From the human T2T-CHM13v2.0 reference genome, Homo sapiens, in the NCBI RefSeq assembly GCF_009914755.1, contig NC_060945.1: a stretch of DNA of 64,000 nucleotides, one strand, 5' to 3'. This document shows, piece by piece, positions 1 through 11,854 of the stretch. The translations under genes and the position numbers were made by a program. The notes below the pieces were generated by a model. That model did no database searches, was not told the origin of the DNA, and saw only the letters and a list, made by a program, of their open reading frames with translations. Every line of letters starts with the position of its first letter. Within the stretch, counting starts at the first letter, position 1.

Positions 1-310
1 ATGGAGGCCGTTATCCTCCACCAACTAACGCAGGAACAGAAAACCAAATACCTCATGTTCACACTTAAAAGTGGGGGCTAAATTATTAGAATTCATGGAC
101 ACAAAGAAGGAAACGACAGACACTGGGTGTTGCTACTTGAGGGTGGAGGCTGGAAGGAGGGAGAGGAGAAGCAAAAATAACTACTGGGTACTAGGCTTAG
201 CACCTGGGTGATAAAATAATCTGTACAACCAATCCTTGTGACATGAGTTTACCTGTATAACAAACCTGCACATGTACCCTGTGAACCTAAAATAAAAGAT
301 AAAAAAAGAA
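1..310 (+). mobile_element. L1 3' end (L1PB/L1PA-like) with A-rich tail
   Basis: caggaacagaaaaccaaatacctcatgttc...aacaaacctgcacatgtaccc...aataaaa is typical L1 3' UTR. Confidence 0.85.
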
Positions 311-467
311 ATGTAATAGGTTTGTTATCTTTGTCCATGGTACTGAAAATTGAAAGAACCAATGAGAAGAGACCATTTGTTTATCTTAAGTGAGCTTGAC
401 TTATACAAGATGTGAACAAAATTCCCATTTACTTGGTAAAATTATTATATTTTTGGAGTTCCAATGA

Positions 468-787
<320 letters not shown>

Positions 788-1069
788 TCATGCTATTTTA
801 TTTTAAGAAGTTAATCCTAACATGCCATTTGAAAAAGAGTGCCACATCACCTACTCTTTAAAAATGGAAAAATAAATAAATTTAAAGATTGAATGCAAGC
901 CCTTAATATAAGAATGCATGTCATTCTGATCTATTATTACTCTCCTGACAAAGATCTGCAGAAGAGAGTGATATTTATAAATAAATACCATGGTGTATCT
1001 TTTCCAATTCACTTCAAATAATGATGGCAAGTGAGACACTGTTGCAAAATCCATTTCTATCATTTAAGG

Positions 1070-1360
1070 CAGCATATGCTAGAGACAAGACACTGGATTA
1101 GGAGTCAAAAGACCTGGGTTCTTTTTTTTTTATTCAATAAATATTTACTGAGGTTTTATGATAGATATAAGTTTTAACACAACCAAATACTTGCTGTGTA
1201 ATATTGGCAAATTACTCAACCACTCTAAGGCTAGGTTTCTGCATTTGGAGAATGGAGAGTATGCCCTGCCTTGTTCCACGGGACAGTTAGTGAGAGTCAA
1301 ATGAGACACACTGTATGTTGAAGTGATTTGTATATGGTAAAGCACTAAATAAAGTTATAT
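1070..1360 (+). mobile_element. MIR SINE
   Basis: ggagtcaaaagacctgggttc and ggcaaattactcaaccactctaagg MIR core. Confidence 0.7.
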
Positions 1361-1381
1361 TAGTTATAATAAATTAGAAAA

Positions 1382-1452
1382 ATAGGTCAGTGCAAAAATA
1401 ATGGCCATTCCCTTTAATGGCAAAAACCACAATTACTTTTGCACCAACCTAA
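1382..1452. mobile_element. MADE1 (Hsmar1-derived MITE)
   Basis: Palindromic taggtcagtgcaaaa...aatggcaaaaaccacaattacttttgcaccaacctaa. Confidence 0.85.
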
Positions 1453-1468
1453 TATGTACTATAGTTAT

Positions 1469-2225
<757 letters not shown>

Positions 2226-2692
2226 ACTATAGTATATTAGTGCAATAAAATTATATTTATTAAAAAGCACTGTGGTTATCTATTGGAGCCAATTCCTAAC
2301 TTTCACAATTTCAGTACTTCCAAAATACTGTAATAACTCATAGCAATGTCATACATTTGAATTGTTCTTTACCATTTCAGAGTGCCTGCAAATAATTCAT
2401 CTTTGATCTTTCCAACATTAAAAAGTGAAACAACATTCTTTGCTTTATTTCTTCATGCACATATTTCTAGGATTATATTTTCTATATAGTTACATAATTG
2501 TTTCTAACCTAGAGCTCAAGTAGCTTTTGAATGGTACTTGGATAAAGATGAAATTTTGATCCAATTTATTTCTACTCCAATTTCTTGAAGGTTCACTATA
2601 ATGATAAATGAGACGTGAGAGACATAAAGAGCTGTCAGATCAGTTTTATTTCTAGTTCTTGCAAAATGCCCAATGACAGTAGAAATCTATAG

Positions 2693-3164
2693 CAGTGGAT
2701 CTCAATTTTTTTGGTCCTAAGGCTGTTTTACTCTTAAAATTTATTGAATACCACATTGAGATTTCATGTCTGTAGGTTATATCTATTATTATTTATTGAA
2801 TTTTTAAAGATGTATTTATTACTTCATTAAAAATAACAAGATACCCATTATATTTTAATATAAATAATAATGTTATTAAAATAACCATATTTTCCAAAAC
2901 AAAAAACAGTGAGAACTATGACTGTGTTGTTTTTGATTTTTGCATCTAAAACACCTGTTAAACTAAGGTCTGGTTCAACAGAAGACAATGAAATCATCTA
3001 ATCCGCCTTCACTGTCAATCTGATACCATACATTGTTTGAAGTATATGAAAAATATCTAGCCTCACACAGATACATGGTTGGAAGCAGTTGTATCTTGCC
3101 AAGCCTCTGAAAAGGTTTTGACTACCTCCACAAATCCATCAACCAAATTTTAAAATGGCCACTG
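2693..3164. mobile_element. hAT-Charlie1-family non-autonomous DNA transposon
   Basis: CAGTGG...CCACTG termini; internal match to the Charlie1 end (tttactcttaaaatttattga). Confidence 0.65.
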
Positions 3165-3219
3165 TCTGAGTCCATATTTACATTGCAATATATAATCATG
3201 GCTTTCTTTTATACATGCT

Positions 3220-4227
3220 GATTTCTCTAGCAAGCTACTGCTCCACAGCAATCTTGGATTTCTCTCCTGAAAATTCGCTTTCCTTCTCTATCACACGGCC
3301 AGGCTGTGCATTTTCCAAATTTTTATGCTCTGCTTCTCTTTCAGTCATAAATCCCAACTTTAGTTCACTCCTTTGCTCTCATATCTGATCATAAGCTGTT
3401 AAAATCAGCCATGCAACTTCTTTAATGCTTTGCTTAGAAGTTTCTTCTGCCAGATTCATTAAGGTTATCATTCTTAAGTTCAGTGTCCCACAAAGCCCTA
3501 GGGAAGGGACACCATGCAGGCTAATTCTTTGCTACTGTGTAACAATGTGACCTTTGTTCCAGTTCCCAATAAGTTCCACATTTCCATATGAGGCCTAGTT
3601 AGCCTAGCCTTCACTATTCATATCTCTATCGGCATTTTGGTTACAACCACTTAACCAGTTTCTAAGAAGTTTTAAAGTTTTCCTCATCATCCTGGATTCT
3701 TCTGAGCCCTCCAAACTCTTCCATCGTCTGCTCTTTACCCAGTTATAAAGCCACTTCCACATTTTCCGGTATCTTTATAGAAATATGTCTCTGCTCAGTA
3801 CCAATTTTCTGTCTTAGCCCATTTGTATTGCTATAAAGGAATACCTGAGATTGGATAATCCATAAAGAAAAGAGGTTTATTTGGCTCACATTTTTGCAGG
3901 CTGTATAGGAAGCATGGCACCAGCATCTGCTTCTGGTGAGGGCCTCAGGAAGTTGCCAATCATGGTGGAAGGAGAAGGGGAGCCAGTGTGTATAGATTAC
4001 ATGGCAAGAGACAAGCAAGAGGGAGGTGCCAGGCTCTTTTTAACAACCAGTTCTTATGGGAACTAAGAGTGAGAACTCACTCCCAAGAGAATGACACCAA
4101 GCCATTTATAAGGGATCTGCCCTCACGATCCAAAAACCTCCCGCCAGGCCCTACCTTCAACATTGGGGATCAAATTTCAACAAGAGACTTGGTGAGGGCC
4201 AAAGAAACCGTATCCAAACCATACCAG
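3220..4227 (-). mobile_element. MaLR (MST) internal fragment plus LTR (about 3809-4227)
   Basis: MaLR-int reverse motif ...ctcagtaccaattttc joined to tgtcttag...gctataaaggaatacctgag LTR. Confidence 0.8.
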
Positions 4228-5701
4228 CTCGTTTGCAGTGTAGGGGGTGTAAGTGCAAAAGCTTTGAAGTCACACAAAACTCCTACCTTGGTTCAAACTG
4301 GTTTAACAGGTTTGGGTTGTGTGCCCTTGATCTGTTTACTTCAACTATAAGCCACAGCTTCTGTTTCTGTAAAAAGAGGGTAATTATTCCAACTTTACTG
4401 GATTATTATAAAAATTAAATGATAAGTGTAAAGTGCCTAGCACAGGTACTGGCACATAGCAAGAATATAAAAAATAGTGTCTGTCCCTAAATGTATCATA
4501 TTTTCCCACATCTCCCTCAAAATAGAAGGCCTGGAATAGCCATCTCAGCTCACCTGAGAGTAAGACCAACCTTAGAGAGAAGGTTCTGAAATTAAAACTC
4601 ATGGGATCTAATTTTAAAATATGCTATTCTATTTTTATATATACAGGATTTATTCAGTCATCATTCCCATACATTTAATGGTATTTATAGTATCATAGTC
4701 CAACCTGAAAGCTATGGTAGATTTGAACAGAATTATCCAATGAACCTTCATATTAAAGAAATTTCATGAGTTGTTCTTGATGACAAACAGACCAAACTAA
4801 TAAGCTAAGGCAGTGGTAGATTATTCTATTCATATCTCATTTTATAAACTGATATTAAATATACTAAACATACTGAAAATGTTTTCTTAAAGCCTAGAAA
4901 GTAGTTATTCATTTCAAATTATCTCACATTATAAATTCTTTTCAAATTAGTTCAAATTAAAAGTTCATTTCAAATTGCAAATGAGTTATTCATTTCAAAC
5001 TGAAATTTATTTCAATTATACTTAGTGAGCACCCATGCTGTTAAATGTCATTGTGCAGAATCCAAAAATGATAGCATTTTTGCCTAACATTTAAGTTTTT
5101 TTCTTTTCTTTCTATTTGCTAATAGCATGGTTTGCCTAGAAATAAATTTCTGATTTCCTATATCGCTGATATGTGTTTTTTAAAATTAAAGACATTGACA
5201 CCTGAGCTTTGTGTCTTTTCTACTATTCAAGAGAGAATACAAATAAGTATCAAGAGTCTGAAACTAAAGTAGCTGCCTAGGAATTACTAAACAAATTCTT
5301 TTGCACATGATCTGATATTTTAAATCATACAGAAATATCACTGGAATAGTCCCCTTCTTAGACTGGCAGATTTTTGACCTGACCTCGCTTAACCCTGCTT
5401 CTTGTCTTGTCTTCCTAGACTCAGAACATTCAATCCCAACTACTTTTTCTTGCTGCTCATCTAACAATTTTAATTTCTCAACTTACAGGTCACAAGGAAG
5501 TCTTAATAAAATAGCAAGTATGTGCTAACATTTATTTAGTACCTTGTGCCTTAAAGTATTCCAGGAACTTTATGTGTACTAAATCATTTAGTCATCAAAA
5601 TAACTGTATATTATTCTTTTCATTTTATAGATGATGGAACCAACACAGAGAAAATAGGTCAGAAAGGGTTATGTCAGAAAAACAGAATACTCTCTAGGTG
5701 G

Positions 5702-6301
5702 TGTTGGGGCCGAGAAACCAATATCCCAAATATGGCACTCTGACATGCTGAACTAAAGAAGAAACCTCAATGTCTCTGTGACCACTCCCTTCCCCCATCT
5801 CTCATTCTCTGTGTCTTCCAAAGCACAGAATGAAGTTGTTCTCTGAAGTTTCCTTCTCTCTCTAAAGTCTGGACCCACATAAGAAGAAAAAAAAACCCTA
5901 TGAACCCTTTTCTGAGTTTTCATGAACTGAATTCATATCACAGAAAGACAGGCTGAAGTTTGTCAACACACTTGAACAGACATATATCCCAAGCCATTGT
6001 CTTCTCTGTGGACCCAACAGGCTTTGTACTGGCCATTGTACATGCTCTAAGTCCACTGACTTCCTCTAAAAATCATTTTCTATCCCCTTAAAAATATCGA
6101 TACTTCCTGGACTCCCTTTTCCCTAAGAGCAAGGGTATATAACTCTCTGGACCTCATATGGTTGGGAAGTAATCGCTGTGATTTTCCTCTGTGTGTAGTG
6201 ATACAAATTCGTATGCCTTTTTAAAATTAATTTGATTTTTGTCAGTTGATTTTCAGCCAACCTTCAAAAGATGAAGGGGAAGGTTTCCCTTTACCCCTAC
6301 A
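5702..6301 (+). mobile_element. ERV1 solo LTR (MER39/MER34 group)
   Basis: TG...CA termini, perfect 4-bp TSD GTGG; appears nested in an older LTR-like sequence. Confidence 0.8.
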
Positions 6302-7402
6302 GTGGTTAAAACAAGGAATATCTATCCAAAGAATTTGTTATATAGGCAATGCAGAGCTGAAAAGCCGAACAAGGGGAGTGAGTTAAGCCAGAGTTTAGCA
6401 ACATCAAAAAGGCATTACTACCCTTAATTTGGAGAGAGAAGTGAGGATGCACAGCTTCTAAATCTCAGGGACCTACCTCACCTCACTGGGGAGACCTAGA
6501 ATCAGGCAAGGGCAGTCTGGTGAGATGGGAAACCATCCAAGAGATACATACAGCCCAAAGAGATGCCATCAGAGGAGAGGGAGGAGAAAGAGAAATAGCC
6601 TGGCTATACCCTTTCTCTTGCCCTCCAGTACCTTTCCTTTGCCTGTTAGCCAAATCTGTTTCAAACCCATCTGACTTACGAGCGTGAAACATGCAGGGAT
6701 AGTCCTCTCTGTGATTTACAGCAGAACAACAGACGCTCAAGGAATCAATCTCGTAGCAAATAGGAACTAAGGCTTAAGTAACTTGCCCACGATCACAGAG
6801 CTAGAAGTCCCTGGGTTGTTCTTCAGGGATCATGTGCGCTGAACATGGGAGATAGGTCTTGGAAAGTGACATTAGTCACATTCTGACATGTGGTTTTCTC
6901 TGCCCATATATATCATAGGATAATTTCAGGGAAATGTGTGCCCACCAATATGGTGGGAGAGACTTTGTCTTTTGAGTATAGGTGAATGGACTAAAAAGTG
7001 ATGAGAAAAGGTCTGAGGCCTCCAAGCCATTTTCAGTGTGCAAGTATAACTTCGGGCCTGTTCAAGGTAAGTGAAAGCAAGTGATGCAGGCAAGAAATAA
7101 CACACTTTTGCACTGGCTCTCCGTTGATAAATTCTAGCTGTTTCTCCATAGTCCTTACTTTCTAGGTGGACCTTGCAAAGCACATTAGACTAGATTGCTT
7201 TTCAATGCACAAAACTTGTTTCCCCCAAAATGATTCTAATTGGAAGTGCCAATACTGGCAGAAAATGTGTGCAGGTACTAGCCTTTAAAGTGCTAATGCA
7301 TCTCTTACCAATCTACGAAGTTACAGGATGGGGCATGAAAAAATATATTTGACGGCACAAAAGTATGAAGCATAGGATTAAGTAAAGCAGATTGAATATG
7401 AC

Positions 7403-7792
7403 TGTTACGGGCTGAATTTTGTCTCTCTAAAATTCATAACCTCTCTAAAAAGTCCTAACCCCTAGCACTTCAGAATGTAACTGTATTTGAAAACAAAGTC
7501 TTTAAAGGGGTTATTAAGTTAAAATGATGCCATCTGGGTGCGGCTGAAATCAAGTATGATTTATGTCCTCAGCAGAAGATGAAGAGATACTGTGGGCACA
7601 CACGGACCATGGAAAGAGGCAGTGAGAGGGTGGCCATCTGCAAGGCAAACAGAGAGGGTGCAGGAGAAATCAACCCTGCTGGCACCTTAATCTTGAATTC
7701 CCAGTGTCCAGAGCTGTGAAAAAATACATTTCTGTATTTTTAAGACACCCAATCTGTGGCATTTTGTTATGGCAGAACAGACAACTAATACA
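7403..7792 (+). mobile_element. MaLR LTR (MLT1A-like)
   Basis: tgttacgggctgaat...ttgttatggcag...ctaataca. Confidence 0.8.
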
Positions 7793-8142
7793 ATACCAAA
7801 GAAGCAACATCTAGAATCCCTCAAAATGTGAGGCACTATTGAGGGCTGGAGAAACTAATAATGACACATTTTGTCATATAGAATAATATGGCTGGGCTGC
7901 CAGGACCACAAAGCTATCCACTTGGAATGAGAAGTTAGAGTTAGATGTGCACCACAAAAGCACAAATACATTTGTTTTCTCCCCTTCATGGCTGCCCACT
8001 TAATTCAATAAGCATTTTATTGTGCATGTATTAGGCAGGCAGTACTCTTGCAGGTTGTAATCTATGAACACCTGATTGCTAAATAGTACCATTATGACAT
8101 CATAGAAGACTCCTCTTTAAATGATTGCTTATTGTTTTCTTT

Positions 8143-8433
8143 TTGCTCTTTTACATGGAGTCTTGCTCTGTCACCCTGGCTGGAGTGCAATGGCACATCT
8201 CGGCTCACTGCAACATCCGACTCCTAGGTTCAAGCAATTCTCCCTGCCTCAGGCTCCGAGTAGCTGGGATTACAGGTGCCTGCCACCACATCCGGCTAAT
8301 TTTTGTATTTTTTAGTGGAGACAGTGTTTTGCCATGTTGGCCAGGCTGGGCTTGAACCCCTGACCTGAGGTGATCCGCCCACCTTGGCCTCCCAAAGTGC
8401 TGGGATTACAGAGGGGAGCCACCGTGCCCAGCC
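8143..8433 (-). mobile_element. Alu (AluS)
   Basis: Reverse Alu; TSD tgcttattgttttctt on both sides. Confidence 0.95.
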
Positions 8434-8871
8434 TGCTTATTGTTTTCTTATTGGTGGAAATAAAATTATCCCAGAATGCCAACACTCCTAAAGGAGGAAA
8501 ATAATTCAGATCCTCATTGCAGTAGATTTAAAACCACTCTTTTGTAATGGAAATTGTCTAAATCTGCTCCATGGATTCAACAATTCTTTGCTGACATGCC
8601 TGTAATCCAGGTAGCTACTTCAGAGGCTGAGGCAGGAGGATCCCTTGAGACCAGGAGCTCAACACCAGCTAGGGGGGAAACAAAGAAAAGTCCTACAAAT
8701 GTGTTTTGGCAATATGGTAAACTTTTGGTATCCGGAAATGGATTTTTAACCCCTTTCTAAAGATACCTAAGGCGGAAGAATACCAATTTTCTTAGTTGAC
8801 ATATAAAATACAATACTGAGTATTGCTAGAAATAACGTTTTGACCCAAAACAGAAAAATAGTCTTGCAGTT

Positions 8872-9290
8872 TGTCTTTGTCTATTTTATGCTGCTACAAC
8901 ATAATACCTATGAATGGGTAATTGATAATGATCAGAAATTTGTTGGCTCACAGTTCTGGAGGCAGGGAAGGTCAAGATGGATGGGCCGTCATTTGGTGAA
9001 GGCCTTCCTCCTGTATCATTGCATGGTGGAAGAGCTAAGAGAAGGGGAGAAAGAGAGAGAGGGAAGGAAAGGAAAAGGGAAAGAGGCAAGAAGGAGCCAA
9101 ACTCGTCCTTTTATAAGGAAACTGTCCTTTTGATAGGGACTGCACATTTGTGATAGCACCATTAATTAATTCATGAGGTCAGAGCTCTCATAACTGAATC
9201 ACCTCTTATTAGGGCCCACCTCCACACTGTTGCATTGGGGATTAAGTTTCCATCACACCGTTTTTGGGGGGATACATTCAAACCACAGCA
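8872..9290 (-). mobile_element. MaLR LTR (MST family)
   Basis: ggctcacagttctggaggc...gatacattcaaaccacagca. Confidence 0.75.
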
Positions 9291-11536
9291 TTGTTACACA
9301 CAAAATATTTCATATTATATGAAATATGTCACTTAACATTTTTACCTGAATGTCAACAACATAGAGTAATGCAGCAGTTTAGAAGTTATTAAATAATATC
9401 TTGAGGATATATAATTCCGACACACATGCATATTAAAGCTGACTCATACAACACAATTGTCACGGCGCAAATTTAAAAAATGAGTTAGGAAATCCCAGCG
9501 ATGGGTTTTGTGTGCCAATTTATCTCAATTGCTCAAATTTCTCTAATTATTCATCCCAATTGTAAGCCTTCTAAAAAGGAATGCCTATGAGGAAACTTGA
9601 AATTTTCTTCTCAATGTTCTTCAGTACAACAGTTAAAAATATTTAAAGAAATGCTGAGTAAGTAGGAAACCCTCAGAAGTAAGCTGAAAATGAACAGTCT
9701 CAGTGGGCAAATAGGTCTACCATATAAAAGCTCTATTTGATGATTATCTATTGTAAGATCATCTTTTTTTTTCTGTATGGAAGTAACAAATTTAACTCAG
9801 AGAAAAGTTGTATTGCCAAATTCTTGAAATTAAACCTTAGTATCTGGCAACATTTTTCCTCCCATGGTACTAGATTACTAGATTTTTATGTTAAATTTAA
9901 TTTTCTTGAATTCAAATGTATGAGCTTGATTTCTAAAAAACAAACAAACAAACCAAAAAACCAAAACCCTCATATGGAGAAACATGAAGTTAGCATATAA
10001 ACAAGAAAAGAAGAAACTTTGATCTATAAATGAAGAAAAATGGGTTTTGATAAGCTCTCTTTGACAGGTCACCCTCCTTGGGCTTCAGAGTTATAAAAAA
10101 ATCGATACGTGAGATTAGAGATGTGACAGTATTTCTAAATTTCTGTTTCCAACCGTTTCATGACTTTTCATTTCCTCTAGAAAAGACATAGGATATTAAT
10201 ATAATAAGATTTGCAATTTGTTAAATATCAAATGAGTCAACAAATATGAAGCTTCAAGGAAAAGGTGACAACAGGTGGTACAAGACATCTGAGCTGCAGA
10301 ACAAAGATGGTTGTAAAGTGCACAGAACTGTTACAAAGCCTTAAGAGCTACTATAATCCATGATTATTAAATAACACCACATACTATTTCAATTAGCATT
10401 TGCCAAGCTTGCTTTCCTTGTCATTGGATTAAAAATTATACCCGGATTTTCAAGTGTATTCTATTTGTGACAATATGCATTGATAATTTCTCTCCTCACA
10501 CTGCTGCACTCTCACCTCCGTTCCCAGATTAGCTCCTGGAACTCGAGATATTTTTGTGGCTAGAGATTGCTTTCTTAATGTTAGATTTTCCTTACAATTC
10601 CATATATAGTCAAGCATTCCATGCATGGTAGTTAATTGTTTGCTTAATTTGGCAACTGGGATATTAGAATTATGTATCATTAGGCAGTGATATTTTTGTA
10701 AGGTTGTTTGCTAGATAGATCCTATTTCATTTATATTAAGTCTTGGGAAGATAAACTTTATTTTTCCAGAGCCTAGCAGTGACTGACACATATTCGAATG
10801 AATGAAGGTAGATAGAAAATGTCTATATTCATTTACGTAATGATTAGTTAAGGAGAAAAGTACTTCCCAGCATAAAGATTTCTGGCAACCCTTTGCTTAT
10901 TTGACTTTTCCCTTCAGGCAAGTTCAAGGCTTGTGAAATTCCTAGAAAGGCGAGGGGAGAGAACGCGTGACACAGAAAGGGGCCGGAGTTCGGGACCCTA
11001 CGCAGTTTTGGGACGTTATGGGCATGGAGGGAAATGTTTGCTTTGGAGGCTTTGGGTAAGCTAGGGATCCGACAAGCCCTGGGCGCAGGGAGGAACGCTG
11101 CCCTCCGGCCTCCAGTCGCGCTCCCCGAAGCCCAGCGCCAGCGTCGCGCAACCTGCCGCAGGGGCGGCTCCCGGGCCAGGCAGCCAGGCGCGCCCTCGCC
11201 CCACCCGGGAACGCCAGGCCCGCGCAGGGAGGGGCGGGGCTCCATGGCGGCCCCGCCCCGCCGCCCGGAGGGTCACAATGTAGGGTTAGGGCGGCCGGCG
11301 GGCGGGGCTCTGCGGGGGAGGAGCCGCCGGGCGGGGGCGGGGATGGCGCGTGGGGGAGGGGAGGGAGGAGGACTCGCGGAGGGAGGAGGACAACGCCATT
11401 CCGGGCGGCCGCTCCCTCCGTCCCCTCTCTCCCTTCCCCAAAGCAGCCCGCGGACCGGCAGCAAAGGAACGTGCGAACGCGTGACGCCGCCCGACTGGCT
11501 CGCGCTCTCCCGTGCCCCGGCGTCCTCCGCCCGCTC

Positions 11537-11569
11537 ATGGCCCGGGCCGCCGCGGACGAGCGGCGCTGA
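11537..11569 (+). other. Upstream ORF MARAAADERR*, in frame with the USP25 start codon
   Basis: ctcATGG at 11537, TGA at 11567-11569; 273 nt (91 codons) upstream of the main ATG; lies in the transcript only if the TSS is upstream of 11537. Confidence 0.6.
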
Positions 11570-11772
11570 GGCGGGCCGCGTGGAGACGTGAGGCGGCCGC
11601 CGTGGCCCTCACAGTCGGCGTTTCGCCGCCTGCCCGCGGTGCCCGCGCACGCCGGCCGCCATCGCCTTCGCGCCTGGCTGGCGGGGGCGCTGTCCTCCCA
11701 GGCCGTCCGCGCCGCTCCCTGGAGCTCGGCGGAGCGCGGCAGCCAGGGCCGGCGGAGGCGCGAGGAGCCGGG

Positions 11773-11777
<5 letters not shown>

Positions 11778-11801
<24 letters not shown>
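11778..11801 (+). repeat. (CCG)8 trinucleotide repeat in the 5' UTR, ending 8 nt before the ATG
   Basis: Direct read of the sequence. Confidence 0.95.
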
Positions 11802-11804
<3 letters not shown>

Positions 11805-11809
11805 GGGCC

Positions 11810-11854
11810 ATGACCGTGGAGCAGAACGTGCTGCAGCAGAGCGCGGCGCAGAAG
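11810..11854 (+). CDS. USP25: USP25 coding exon 1 (MTVEQNVLQQSAAQK)
   Basis: GGGGCC-ATG at 11810 in a CpG island; 45 nt followed by donor AAG|GTGAGG; the peptide is the recognised N-terminus of human USP25. Confidence 0.98.
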
